DNA of 64,000 bases from Octopus sinensis (GCF_006345805.1 NC_043003.1:42036001-42100000), one strand, 5' to 3'. Counted from the first letter of the stretch, positions 25,335 to 42,487 are shown. The notes: generated from the letters alone by a model not told the origin. Made by a program: numbers and translations.

Positions 25335-25650
25335 TATTGACAAATCCCAGAGAGGGATCACTTTGCGATCTGTTGAGAATTTCTGGTGTATATTTAAAAC
25401 ATCTCTTTTCTTAATTTCTAGGGTATGGAATTGCTGCCGTGTTAGGCTTATGGACGCATTCACTACCGTTTAATGTATGGATCCACTGGGCTATTGCCTG
25501 GGGGATTTTATGGGTTTAGTGGTCCAGTTCTGATCTACATATATTGTGGCTTGCTTTGAATAAATGAATACTATAAGGCCCAGTGCACTGATTTGCACTG
25601 CTGATAAGAAGGCTCTGGACTCATTCTTTCATAACGGACAGGTTAAATCT
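25335..25650 (+). pseudogene. Decayed RTE-like LINE RT remnant
   Basis: Collinear frameshifted motifs QRGITLRSV, YGFS, SDLHILWLALNK, EYYK, DKKALDSFFH resemble RTE RT (YRGISLLS...GFR...DHI..L....K..EY...D.KKAFDS..H). Confidence 0.35.
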
Positions 25651-26284
25651 TTCCCCACGCCACCACATTCAGCACTTACTGTATTTTGCTTCATCATATT
25701 CTTTTAAGAGGTCCCAGTGGTAAGATTTTGACCTTAAGCCTTAGATCCTTCAGATTTTGCTTACGAGGCCTTGTCTAAGACTGTTTTATTCAGTATTTTC
25801 GTGATTTGACTATCAAGGGGTTATATTTTGCTATCCCTTTCTAATGACATTCGATAGGCCCATTTTTATCATAAATTTTAGGCATCGCATTATTTCTATG
25901 TGTGTTTCTCCTTTCCCTTCATTCCAAGCCCTCATTCAACCTGTATTTTCTACTTCATAATTTTAGTACTTACAAAAAAACAGTGTTTATTTATTTATTT
26001 TTTCTCATCTTTCTTAACTACTTGAATAAATTTACGTTGATTCTGTACAAGACAGTTTTGTAATGTTTCACCCAATGTTTAGTTGCATAAGATTTCCCCT
26101 TTTCTGTATTCATGGTAGATATGAACACTGTACAGTCAATAATTTCCTAGTTTTTGCCTCAAGTCTTCTTAGTCCATTTTGCGTCCAATATAATTCTAAA
26201 TTATTATTTGAGCAGCTACAGTATTGTGTTATAATCATATTTTTCCAAAATTTTCACAAAGGCAAACATTTTCGGAGGAGGGAC

Positions 26285-26392
26285 AAGTAGATTACATTGA
26301 CCTCAGCGTTCAACTACTACACATTTTATCGACTAAAAAGGGCGGATGTGCAAAGCAGACCTCGGTGGAATTTAAAATCAGAAAGTAGAGAG
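26285..26392 (-). mobile_element. SINE family B fragment
   Basis: TAGATTACATTGACCTCAG...TTTTATCGAC...GACCTCGGTGGAATTT. Confidence 0.6.
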
Positions 26393-26446
26393 GATTAAAA
26401 AATGTCACCAAGTATTTTGTCTGACGCTCTATTATTATTATTATTA

Positions 26447-26541
<95 letters not shown>

Positions 26542-26559
26542 TATTTTCGCTGCAATTAT

Positions 26560-26770
26560 CAACGTCGAGCTGGTAGCATCGTTACCCGCCAACCCTAACA
26601 ATTTGCTTCATTGCATTTATTCAAGCTTTACTTTCTGAGTCCAAATTCCGCTGAGATGGACGTTTCTTTTCGGGGTCGATAAAATCAGTACCAGTTAAAC
26701 ACTAGGGTCAATTTCATAGACTCAGCCCCTCCTCCGATGCTAGTGTCCCGGTGCCAAAATTTTAAAACAT
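26560..26770 (+). mobile_element. SINE family B with (ATT/GTT)n tail
   Basis: GAGCTGG...TTCTGAGTCCAAATTCCGC...TTTTCGGGGTCGATAAAATCAGTACCAGT; tail 26770-26840. Confidence 0.8.
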
Positions 26771-26793
26771 TATTATTATTATTGTTGTTGTTG

Positions 26794-26840
<47 letters not shown>

Positions 26841-26842
26841 GA

Positions 26843-27052
26843 AGGGGGCAAGCTGGCAGAATCGGTAATACCCTAGACAAAATAACGGTATTTCGCTCGT
26901 CGCTAAGTTATGAGTTCACATTCCGCCGAAGTCGCGTTGCCTATCATCCTTTCGGAGTCGATAAAATAAGTACCAGATGAACACTGAGGTCGATGTAATC
27001 GAATTATCCCCTTTCTGCAAAAAGCCCTTGTGACCAAAATTTGAAACCATTA
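26843..27052 (+). mobile_element. SINE family B with long (ATT)n tail
   Basis: AAGCTGGCAGAATCG...TTCCGCCGAAGTCG...TCATCCTTTCGGAGTCGATAAAATAAGTACCAG; tail 27056-27143. Confidence 0.85.
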
Positions 27053-27055
27053 TCC

Positions 27056-27144
<89 letters not shown>

Positions 27145-27147
<3 letters not shown>

Positions 27148-27550
27148 TAGTTTTATTTTTATAGCGCGCTTCCATTTCTCTACCGAGCGCAGCTCTGTGT
27201 GCCTTGGGTATGTGCTGTGATTTGTTGTGATGCTCTGATGGTTATTGTATGGAAAGTGTTCTGCGTAGGATGTGTGCAGTGCCTAGTAGTGCAATTTTCT
27301 GTATGTTATATGTGTTTGTAAGTCCTGGTGTTTTTGTTATGTATTTGTCTGAATATTTTTTATCATGCCTAATGCACCTACTATGATAGGAATTGTTTCT
27401 GTTTTCAGATTCCACATTCTAGTTACCCCTATTTCCAGGTCTTTGTATTTTGAGAGTTTCTCCATTTCTTTTAGAGACACGTTATCATCTGCCGGTATTG
27501 ATACATCAATTAGAAAGCATTTTTTTTCTTCATGATCTCTGACAACTATA
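27145..27550 (-). mobile_element. R4/Dong-clade LINE 3' fragment (second subfamily), (AAT)n on both sides
   Basis: Minus: IVVRDHEEKKCFLIDVSIPADDNVSLKEMEKLSKYKDLEIGVTRMWNLKTETIPIIVGALGMIKK...GTAHILRRTLSIQ*, then a UTR. Confidence 0.92.
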
Positions 27551-27626
<76 letters not shown>

Positions 27627-27627
27627 T

Positions 27628-27805
27628 TCCTACTTTCTTCAAATTTTCCGTACATCTAGGGCAGAGTAGCTCATTGTATGCAGTCCCAGATTACACACGC
27701 AAATTTACAGGTAAAATATTTATTAAAAAAATTAATAAATTGGTAAATTCATGAATGGATGTTGCTTTCACAGCGATAATGCTCTTCTCAGCACATGAGC
27801 CGTTC
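27628..27805 (-). mobile_element. R4/Dong-clade LINE 3' UTR fragment (same subfamily as 52480)
   Basis: Close match to 52520-52700 (CTAGGGCAGAG.AGCTCATTGTATGCA.TCCCAGATTACACACGCAAATT...); ends in (AAT)n. Confidence 0.85.
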
Positions 27806-27860
27806 CAGTTAACGGAACGGTTCGTGTACTATCATCATTATCATCATCATCACTATTATT

Positions 27861-27892
<32 letters not shown>

Positions 27893-27927
27893 CATTATTA
27901 TCATTAATATTATTATTATTATTATTA

Positions 27928-27966
<39 letters not shown>

Positions 27967-28837
27967 CGTTGTTGTTGTTGTCATCGTCTTCGTTGTAGAA
28001 TTTGTAGTCGTTCTATCACCAGCATTAGTATTATCATCATCATTATTATCATTATGATTTACAATCGAGGAATAATTTAATAAAATCGTTATTTCTGTAT
28101 TTATTTCTATATTTGATTTATTGGTATTGTCTATAGAATTCTGAAGACGTGGCAGTGCATCTCCGGCAGTATAAATTTCAGAAAGAATGACTATTCAATT
28201 CCATTGTTTTAACCTGGCGTTGCCAAATGTATTTCTTCCCATTTCTTCCTATTTCCATTACATCAATTAAGATACTTGCTTTAACCATACCTTACATTAT
28301 GCTACTGGAAATTATATGTGTTCTCAAGATGCCAATTACGTTCAAATTATTTAGTTCTACCCATTGCTATCACCTCCAACACCACTACTACCACTGCTAC
28401 TACCATTATCACAACAACCATAGAAACAAAATTTACTATCACCGTCTTCATTGCACTACAATCATTACCAATGCCATCATCTTCATATCACAGTCTTCTA
28501 GCATTACAATCATTAGCGTACCGCAAAATTACCACCACCTTAAATACCACTTTAAAAAGTGAGACCACCAACAACCTTAAACAACGAAACCAACAACCCT
28601 TCCACTGTCAGTTATTTACTGGTCGTTATTTATTTATTTTTGTTTTCATTTTTTTCTTTACTATTGGTTTGACTATGCTATGTTTTTATGTGTAGTAGTA
28701 GCAGTGGTTGCAGCAACAGTAGCAGAGGTGGGGGGTTGTGACAAGGGTGATAGTTGGGCCTCAGATTCTGACATCGCCGAGATTGCGAGATCGATGTAGT
28801 TCATGATCCTGTTGAGCCGAAGCAAATCAATGATTGC

Positions 28838-28900
<63 letters not shown>

Positions 28901-31543
28901 GTAAATTCTACAGAGAAATAGGGAAGGAGAAAGTAACCGTTAAAGACCCCCCTCCCATGGAAGAAGTTCAAAACTTTTGGAAAAGGATTTGGAGTGACAA
29001 GAAGACGTACAGACTGGATTATACAAACTGAAGGATCCTACCAAAATTTACAACAACAAGCATGGGAAGACATCACAATAGCAGACCTAAGAAAGGCACT
29101 CACGAAGGCCCATAATTGGAAATCCCCCGGTAAAGATAGAGTGCCGAATTTCTGGCTCGCATCGCTCCCATGCGCACATGGTAAGCTAGTTCAGCTGCTC
29201 AATGGAATTATGAGAGACCCAAAGAAAACACCTGAATGGTTAGCAAGTGGTATTACTTACCTACTCCCAAAGAATAACGAAACCAACCTTCCAAAAAAAT
29301 ATCGGCCTATAACCTGTCTATCCACCACGTATAAAATCCTAACATCTATCCTGGCGGAGAAAACATATGCATTCATGGAGAAGAACGATATTTTCCCCAT
29401 TGAACAAAAAGGGTGCCGCCGAGGCTCTTACGGATGCAAAGATCAACTGCTAATTAATCGTATGATCCTTGAGAACTGTCACAACAAGCGCAGAAATATC
29501 AGCTCCGCATGGCTTGGCTATAAAAAGGCCTTCGACAGTATACCGCATCCATGGATCGCTGGACATCTTCAAAATTTCCCCTGTGATTTCAAACTTCATG
29601 AAGCACAATATGTCGTTGTGGAATACGAATCTCCAATTATACCACTCTAATGGAGTACTTGCCTCAGAAAATATAAACATCAACTGTGGAATTTTTCAAG
29701 GTGACTCACTTTCACCTTTGATATTCTGCATAGCCCTAATACCCCTTACAAGTGAATTAAACAGAACAGGGTATGGGCATAAAATTGCCAATAAAAAAAT
29801 AAGCCATCTATTTTATATGGATGACTTAAAACTTTATGGTAAAGACAATAATGAACTTGAAGGCCTATTGCGCACTGTGAAAGCATTCAGTAATGACATC
29901 GGGATGGAGTTTGGGCTTGAGAAGTGTGCCAAGGCCACTTTCCAGAAAGGGAAAGTGAAGACCACAAATTCAGTCGTGTTAGATGTTGACACAGTCATAA
30001 GAGAGCTTGAGCAAGAACAAACATACAAATATTTAGGGATAAATGAAGGATCTGGTATTCAGCATGCAAGCATGAAAGAGAAGATCAGGAAGGAATTTTA
30101 TAGGAGAGTTCGTGCAGTCCTGAAATCTGAACTAAATGCACGTAACAAGGTGTTAGCTATAAATTCCTTAGCAGTTCCAGTTGTTACTTATAGCTACAAT
30201 GTGTTGAACTGGAATATGAGTGAAGTAAAGAATATAGATAGGAAAATTCGCAAGCTGCTGAGTTGTAATAGGATGCACCACCCAAAGGCAGACGTAGATC
30301 GCCTTTACCTTCCCAGAGCCCAAGGAGGTCGAGGCCTGATCCAATTTGAACTAGCTTACAAAACAACCACAATTGGACTGGCCAAATATCTCGAAATAAC
30401 GAATGACTGGATGCTAAAGCTCGTGGAAAATCACGAGAGACGAAAGAAGCTTCATTCTATCATAAAGGAAAGCAAAAAATTTGCTATTGATCTCGTGCAG
30501 GATACCCAAACTGAACAACCCGAGGGAAGTACGGCAACTATTGTTGCAAAGAAGGTGAAAATAATGGCAACAAAAAAGCACACGAGCAATTGGCTGATAG
30601 GTGGGAGGAGAAATCTCTGCACGGCAAATATGTGGCCCGCAGCAAACAAGCTGATGTTGACCAGAAGCAAACCCATCAGTGGCTACAGAGCTCAGGGCTA
30701 AAAGCAGAGAGCGAAGGTTTCATCCTGGCTGCTCAAGATCAAAGCCTATTAACCCGGAACTACCAGGCCAATGTGATGAAAAATGGAGCAGACCCAAAAT
30801 GCCGATTCTGCAACGACATGATTGAAACAGTGGACCACCTAATCTCTGGATGTAAAGTCTTAGCACCAGTGGAGTATAAATTAAGACATGACAGAGTTGG
30901 CCAATATCTACACTGGCTAATAAGTCGGCATTACAATATCAAAACTGCCGACAAGTGGTATAATCACCACCCTGAGGCTGTAACTGAAGGAGAAAATGTA
31001 ACCATTCTGTGGGACTTTCCAGTACATACAGACCGAACCATCAAGGCCAATAAACCAGATATTGTTGTGAAAGACCAAAACAATAAAGTTTGCTTATTGA
31101 TCGACATGAGCATCCCCTGTGATCATAATATCTCAGCGAAAGAGTTTGACAAGTTCAGAAAATATAAAGACCTACTCATTGAAATTGAGAAAATGTGGCA
31201 TCTCAAGGCGGTTACAATACCAGTGATCGTAGGAGCACTAGGAATGATCAAGAAGGGAACCGAAAATTATATGAGAATGATCCCTGGCTTACCATCCCTG
31301 CAAGAAGTGCAAAAGATTGTCTTAACTGGTACATCACACGTATTGAGAAGAGCATTGTCGATGTGAAAACTGTTGCTGCTCATGTATTTTAATATAACTT
31401 TAAATAAAATAATTTTAAAAAATGAACGAACTATTGAGTTTGGTTTAATGGCCTACCAATGTATACTATGAGTTTCTTTGCCCTAGGAGTCGGGAAGACA
31501 CTCAGCAAGAAATGGAAGCAAATTTGAAAGAAGAAAAAAAAAA
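28901..31543 (+). mobile_element. 5'-truncated R4/Dong-clade non-LTR retrotransposon (RT, CCHC knuckle, restriction-like endonuclease), frameshifted, inserted in (AAT)n
   Basis: ORF pieces 28994-29650, 29469-30701 and 30590-31366 contain WKSPG.D, YRPITCL, QKGCRRGSYGCKDQL, GIFQGDSLSP, HLFYMDDLKLY, CRFC-X7-H-X4-C, RHDRV and KPDIVV..D..K. (AAT)n at 28838-28900 and 31542-31570. Confidence 0.97.
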
Positions 31544-31591
31544 ATAATAATAATAATAATAATGATAATAATGATGATGATATTAATAATA

Positions 31592-31725
31592 ACAAGGATT
31601 TCAAATGTTTGCCACAAAGCCGGCAATTTCCGGTGAGATGTAAGTCGATTACATCGACCCCAGTGTTCAGCTGGTACTTATGAAAGGTAACCTCGACCTC
31701 AGCAGCATTTGAACTAAGAACATGC
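31592..31725 (-). mobile_element. SINE family B fragment
   Basis: GTAAGTCGATTACATCGACCCCAGTGTTCAGCTGGTACTTA...TCGACCTCAGCAGCATTTGAACT. Confidence 0.8.
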
Positions 31726-32194
31726 TCGCTCAAATTGCTTGAAAGAGCAGTAAATTATCAAAACATGTCACCGCCAACGACTTTGAAATAGAACGTACAT
31801 ACCTGATAGTGGAATGGTAGATTGGAAAGTCATGGCTTAAATAATTTTAATCACCAACAAGGATTGACTTCAGAGTTAATTAAAGAATAACAACGCTATA
31901 ATGTCAACGTCAATAACTTCTATGATGTTTATCGTCATTGCTGTTCTGAACCAACAGTTGTATGACAAGAATTTCCAGCCTGTCTTTATTTTGAAGTGAG
32001 CGCTTATTGCGGACTACAGTTCGATAAATCTACAAAATTTGGAAACGGCAGGGTAGATTTATCGATGTATCTATAAAGGCAAACAAAAATAGTATATACA
32101 TAAATATGTGTAAGAACTGAGTAAATGTACGTATGTATGACCATATATAAATATATATATATGTATATATATATATGTATATATATATATATGA

Positions 32195-35400
<3,206 letters not shown>

Positions 35401-35728
35401 ATTTGATTGTTAGTAATATATTTTATGAACAATGTACATTATTGTGACCCCAGAATAAAAAAAGATTAAAAAATAAAAATGTCATTATCAATACCAAGCA
35501 CTTAATTATTAGATTACGATGTACAACAGAAAATATATTCACATATATCTATGCTAAATGTACTAGATTTGTAAATATCAACTCTTAAATACTAGCAATC
35601 AGTTAACGATCAGGGATATTCGTGGGATCCAGGTTAAAAAGTAAATATCAAAACTACAATAATATTTACACTCTGTTTTTGTATTGATTATTTTTTCTTT
35701 GTCACTCAAACTTACTCCCCTGTACGTT

Positions 35729-35809
<81 letters not shown>

Positions 35810-36324
35810 ATTTAGGAATGGTCATATATATGTGTGTGTGTGGGTGTGAATGTATGTGTGCGCCTGAATTTATGTATATATATATATATAGATATATATA
35901 TATATATGTATGTATATATATATGTGTGTTTGTGTGGGTGTGAATGTATGTGTGCGCCTGAATTTATGTATATATATATGTGTATGCTTGCATATATATA
36001 TATACATTATACATTTATGTACATGTATGTATATGTATATATATTTATTCATATACGTGTGTATACAAGAACAAAAGTATGCATATATATACGTTTGTAT
36101 TCATACAATTCAATACGTACATTCATTCATATGCTATGTAGATGTGGGAGCTTTTAAAGAACCTAATTTGTTATTCATACGACATCCCTAATATAAAATT
36201 GTGAATAGCAAATTGTATTTTGCCATTTGTTGTTCGTTTATAGAAAACAAACAAAACATTTGTATAGATATGTGCATTTCCAAATTCATCACCATTTATA
36301 TATTCATACATTTGTGTGTGAGTG

Positions 36325-36370
<46 letters not shown>

Positions 36371-36398
36371 AATACATTAAATATTTACACACGGAAAA

Positions 36399-36450
<52 letters not shown>

Positions 36451-36482
36451 GTATACATGTGTGTATATAAATATATATATAT

Positions 36483-36525
<43 letters not shown>

Positions 36526-37414
36526 ATGATTTTTGTGTCTTTTATATTATGTTTTGAAATCACTCTTTTATTATGGATTTCTGAAGGGTGATCTGCACAA
36601 TTGGCGTAATTTGTTATGTTCCTGACCCGAAAGTTCCGTTTCAGCAAGATATATGCTTGACATTACAAATTTTGCTTATGCTTAAAATTTACATGAATTT
36701 TATTTTCTGATATACTTCATACATATTCACACATTCTCACAACTATTTACACAGTGAGTGATAGCCAGAGAGGGAAGGAGCGAGATTGTAATAGCAACAA
36801 ACTGAGAGAGAAAGCAAAAGAGTGGAAAAAAGAGAAACATACAGACAACTCTTTTGAAAATTTTCTTTTCGCTTGTTGTTAAAATATATTTCATATTTCG
36901 CTATTTTTTTTGTTCATATTTTCTTTTAGCTACTCAAAGACATTCGTTTTCCTATCAAATAAAATATTATTTCTATACAATTTAAAATTTTGCCGGTATG
37001 TAATTCAGTCACCATTCATATCTATGGTGCATCTTTACTGCACTCAGCTGGAGATTGCCTGTGAAATCATTCACATATATAAATACATTATTTTGAATGA
37101 TGGTTGCTATCAAGAAGCGATTGACAACATTTCGTTTTCTATTTTTGAAATAGGAAAGAAAACAATAATTCTTCTATTTCTCATGCACATACCTATACAT
37201 ATGTACGCACACGCATGCTTGCACGATACATATATATTTATACTTATGTACATATAATCATATATGGAAACATATATTTATGTAAGCATGTATGTTTGTA
37301 TCTAAGTAATATATCATTTCTTACACGATATTTTTATTATATTTTTACGACATACAGTTCTTAATAAACAGGCAATTGAAATTTATTGAATATGTACACC
37401 TCTGCTAAAATACA

Positions 37415-37500
<86 letters not shown>

Positions 37501-37633
37501 TGTGTGTATGTGTGTGTGTGTATAAATGCGTATAGCAACGCAAAACTGAAAAAATACCAGCAAATAAACTGTCTAATCATTCACAATATACCCAACATCA
37601 TAAATACGTGCCTGCATGCATATATATTCAAGT

Positions 37634-37673
<40 letters not shown>

Positions 37674-38617
37674 TGTGTGTGTGCGTGCGCGTCTGAGTGC
37701 TCGTTTCGGTGTGTCAGAGTGTGGATGCATATACGTGTATATGAATATATTTATATAGATGTGTTTATACGGATATATTTAGGCGTATGTATGTATTTAT
37801 CAGCAAAATATGAAGGAAAAACCAAAGTTGTATTGAATCGATCTCATTATAAGCATGAGATCTATCGTAGTGACGTCGGTGCATTGACAGGAAACAAATG
37901 TGACCTCAGTGGAATCTCGATGAAGGGAATTAAGTAATATTAGCCTTTTAGCACAATGTTCTCCTATTGGCTCTGCTTCATTCGTCTTTTATATATACAA
38001 CATTATGATAATCAAAAAGAACAACCTAATATAGGCTTTCTACGATCTTGCTAAGTGGTTGATGTGCAAGTTAGATCATATTAGGCGCTACTGTCCACCT
38101 AGATCAGGGGTTAGAAAAACTGGGTAAATTACCCCAAGTGGGGTAAATATCAAATGCTTGCGGGTAAAGATGACTCACAAGACATAAGTAAAATTATATA
38201 AAATTAAGTGTTCCATGTTATCTATGATAAATATTTCACCTGATGTAAAGAAGCTACCGAACAATAAGCAGAAACAAGTGTCTTACATAATTTGCCATTT
38301 CTAACTGCATTTTGTTTGTAATACGAAATTTTCATTCTTTGGTAGATTGTGTAAATAGTTGTTTTTCTGTTATTCTTGTAGTAAAATTAAGAATTTTGTT
38401 TAAATATAATTACATTAAATTCCTTGTTTTTCTTTAAAACTCCGGACGAAGGCAGCTTTCTGACCAGAGAGATCTAAGTTCGAGAAAATTTATTTATATT
38501 ACATTTAATAACATGGCCCTCCTACGAGGTACTGCATAGACTTTCGGCCCTCTTTCTCTAAAAGGTTACCGATCTCTGCGTTAGAAAGTGTGTGTAGTAA
38601 TCGTATATACGAAAGGA

Positions 38618-38720
38618 GTTGAGAAATTACACACTAATCTTAACTCTAATGAGTTGCTACTGAAACAGTTTATGTTGGGGTGTAAGCTAAGAACATCTCA
38701 AGCCACGACTAATTTCGACC
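38618..38720 (+). repeat. Unclassified short repeat (direct homologue at 40278-40385)
   Basis: GAGA.ATT.CAC.CTAATCTTAACTC.AATGAGTT.CTACTGAA.CAGTTTAT.TTGGGG.GTAAG in both. Confidence 0.7.
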
Positions 38721-38943
38721 TTGCAATTTTATACAACACAGTTTACAAAGTATGCCGGGTGCATTTTATCGGAGCAGTATTAATAGTGAGATTGTTTTCT
38801 AGGCTGCAAGACTAATTATTCTCTTATGTATTCGAACACTCAATGAGAGTATTCTAGAAGTTGGATAGAGGCCAGTGCGATGCTGCGTGATTAACTTATT
38901 TCAATGGACTGTCAATCTAGTGAAGAGAGGGTTCTTCTTTTGA

Positions 38944-39017
<74 letters not shown>

Positions 39018-39417
39018 ATCTCCTTTCACCTCTCTCCTAGTCTCCATGTTCAGTTCGGAATAAAATGTTACCCCCATATTTCTGCTATCGAATATTTTAC
39101 ATGTTACCACTCAAAATAAAATGTAAAATGCAGCCACTTGTACGATACATCCTATAAGTGTAATTCCATGCTAAATCTTTCATGCAATTTCTTGAAACAA
39201 TCCTAAAGGTCTTTACTTCCATACTAAAATTAAGGGGCAACTCGACACAAACGGTGACACCAATCAGAATTCTCTCCAAATCTTCATGGAGTGATCTAAA
39301 GAACTATCCTGTACCACCTTCATCGTATTTTTGTGTAAACTTAACAAGGGTCATAATTTAAAGTTAGTACTAAAACTGACAGAGTGCTATATTTAAGCTC
39401 CATATACTCTAAATATT

Positions 39418-40079
39418 ATTTTCACAAGGCCTGAAATATTGGGGGAGGGAACCAGTCGATTAGATCGACCCCAGTACACTACTGATACGTAATTTATTTA
39501 TTCTGCTCTAGGCACAAAGCCCGAAATTTTGGTGGATGGGGCCACTCCATTAAATCGAATCCAGTAAGCAACTGGTACTTAATTTATCGACCCCGAAAGA
39601 ATGAAAGGCAAAGTCGACCTCGGCTGAATTTGAAATCAGAACATAAAGACAGACGAAATACCTATTTCTTAACTACCCACAAGGGGCTAAAGACAGAGAA
39701 GACAAACAAGGACAGACAAACGGATTAAGTCGATTATATCGATCTCATTAACTGGTACTTATTTAATCGACCCCGAAAGGATGAAAGGCAAAGTCGACCT
39801 CAGCGGAATTTGAACTCAGAACGTAGCGGCAGAGGAAACACCTAATTCTATACTATTCACAAGGGGCTAAACACAGAGAGGACAAACAAGGACAGACAAA
39901 CGGATTAAGTCGATTATATCAACCCCAGTGCGTAACTGGTCCTTAATGTTTCGACCCCGAGAGGGTGAAAGGCAAAGTCGACCTCGGCAGAATTTGAACT
40001 CAGAACGTAACGACAGTCGAAATACCGCTAAGCATTTCGCCTGGTGAGCAAACGATTCTGCCAGCTCGCCGCCTTAAAA
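39418..40079 (-). mobile_element. SINE family B multimer (three cores plus an extra tail piece)
   Basis: Three copies of GAAAGGCAAAGTCGACCTC.GC.GAATTTGAA.TCAGAAC and one head at 40030-40075. Approximate TSD ATACTC..AATATT at 39404-39417 and 40080-40093. Confidence 0.92.
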
Positions 40080-42453
40080 ATACTCATAATATTGTCATAC
40101 TTCATTATTAGTATCACCAGAATGTTTACAACTTTATGGCCACCTGTACATAAACATGAGTTTTATGCAGAAAATTTGTCTCTAAAACGATAACACCTAC
40201 ATAAATAAAATTATTTTTCGACACAGCTAAGAAAATGTATATAACAACCTCTACATATGTTAGAAGGTGTATGTAGCAATCATAGACACGAATGTTGAGA
40301 GATTGCACCCTAATCTTAACTCCAATGAGTTTCTACTGAACCAGTTTATCTTGGGGCGTAAGTTAAACACATCTTAAATCACGTTCAAATAATCTGGCTA
40401 TATTAAAATCACTTGTTGCGTGCAGTTCGACACCAAAATTGCATCCATTTCACTAACACATGTTAACATCACAGCATTTGTAAAAATGAGACTAATCTAT
40501 ATAATGACTAGCCCGCACTGATTATACCATTCAGATGAGGTGGAATTAACTCTGTAGCAAACTATTTTCATTGAAAGGATGAGATGACAGTGAATTTTGA
40601 GGGATCAATGTTTCTATAAAGATAAACTTTTCCTCTCAAGCTGTGCATTGCACGTCAGTATTTCATTTATGTCTGAAATTATCTTGAATTGAATATAGTA
40701 ATACAGAAGAGAATTTTGCATCCTGGGGATATGCAAAATTATTAATGAACTAAACAGGGAAGAAAGAATCCGTTTTAAAAAAACGCATCAAATATACCAG
40801 TGGTAAATGCTAGTTTACTCTGAATACATTAAAAAAATGTATATCCTCAACCAAATATACTATATCGTAAAAAAATTCTCGGAATATCACAGTTCAAGGA
40901 GGGTGAAAATACCACTAAAATGCTTCCTATCATCTCAGATTACCAACGTTGTTGACAAAAAAGACGGAAATTTCATTTGAGAACATGATTTATCATAGAT
41001 CAGCAGGATGAGAAGTGAGCAAGCTGAACATCGAAACAGCCTCGATAACATAGCATAGAGACGTGTAGCATTTAAGGAAATTTTGTTTTCTTGTCACGCG
41101 CAAACTTCTTGGAATAAATCAATGAACAAATGCCTTCCACCAGTAAATATTCCAATGTAATGCAATTCAAATATTATTTGTTTTCTCCATGAGGAATATA
41201 TACTGATGCAAGTCTTGACCATGTATCTTAAATTTTACGAAGTTGAAATATCAAAAATATTTGAGAGTTTTCAACAAACTTTTACTAAATTTCTCTGTCA
41301 TTCCATGTATAACCAGCATAAATATCAGTCACTTTTCTCATATTTGCTTTAATTACTTAATCTCCTTAATCATTTTAAATAATATAAAAATTTAGATAGT
41401 ATGAAAGAAAACTACATATAATTCTTAAGAACCACGTGAACGCATTATGAAAAAAGTATGCTAGAAAAGTGTTTCAGAATCACTAGATTTTATGTTCGAA
41501 ACTCGATCTCCGTCTAACTCCGTCAAAAATGTGGAATTCAACCAAAAAGACATACGAAGCTGTCTATGTTCTGAAGTAGTTTCCAGACTGCTTCTATAGT
41601 TAAAAGTAATAAAAGCAACACTAAGTGTTTTTCGAGAGCTCTTAAACAGCAGCTCTTGCATAAAGTTATTCACAAAAGAAATATAAGATCCACATGGAGT
41701 TAAATTTTTTTTTTATTATTATTATTCAATGCTTCCCTTACTTCATACATCTTACTCAGTACAATGTTCTAAGACCATAAATACACTTTATCGTTCAATA
41801 CTATTTCTACTCCTCACTGAAACAGAAATAAAATACAAAAAAAATACGATTTTTTATCACACCTTCCTTGTTCAATGAGATGGCACTCCACGCCATACTT
41901 ATGTTATAAGACTTCATCTTATAGCTGATTTCTAATCTACTATTGGTGTTTCAGTTAATGTACAGGAATAGATTAACTCACGTCTAATTCTTTGTCCTCT
42001 TGAACTTATACTATTTTATATTATTTAATAGACAATTTTTTCTTCTGTATTTCCTTTCCATCATTTAAGGGTCGATGGCTCTCGGATAGAAAATAGCAAT
42101 GAAAAATCCTTGAGGTTTTTTCAATAAATCAATTAGCACACTTCGGACCACCTGGCCAGAAGACGTAATTTGATATGAGATCTATAATCGGAATTTCGGT
42201 ACTCCAATTTCGCAGTAGAATACGATAACAGAAAACTTTAATTTCTCAGCAGAATACCATTTAAGAAAACCTCAATAAATAACACAGGTGTTCGGGTGGA
42301 AGCTAGAATTTGGAGATAGTTTTGGAAGTCATATGTTTGAATTTTTTTACTTCTTTTTTATTTCTATATCATCTAATCTCCAACAACCACCATACTTCTT
42401 TGTTCTCTCCTCCATTTCGTTCACTCGCACGCGCTGCCTCTCTCTCCCTCTGC

Positions 42454-42487
<34 letters not shown>

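Noticed and set aside
25421-25518. Apparent membrane-protein exon YGIAAVLGLWTHSLPFNVWIHWAIAWGILWV after a strong-looking acceptor
   Set aside because: It lies inside collinear RTE RT motif remnants (RGITLRSV...KKALDS) and has a poor donor; more simply explained as decayed LINE.
35829-35975. Local ~90-bp tandem repeat (GGGTGTGAATGTATGTGTGCGCCTGAATTTATG twice)
   Set aside because: Ordinary slippage duplication within microsatellite; no further structure.
37820-37842. 8-bp hairpin GATCTCAT/ATGAGATC
   Set aside because: Expected by chance in 64 kb of AT-rich DNA; isolated.
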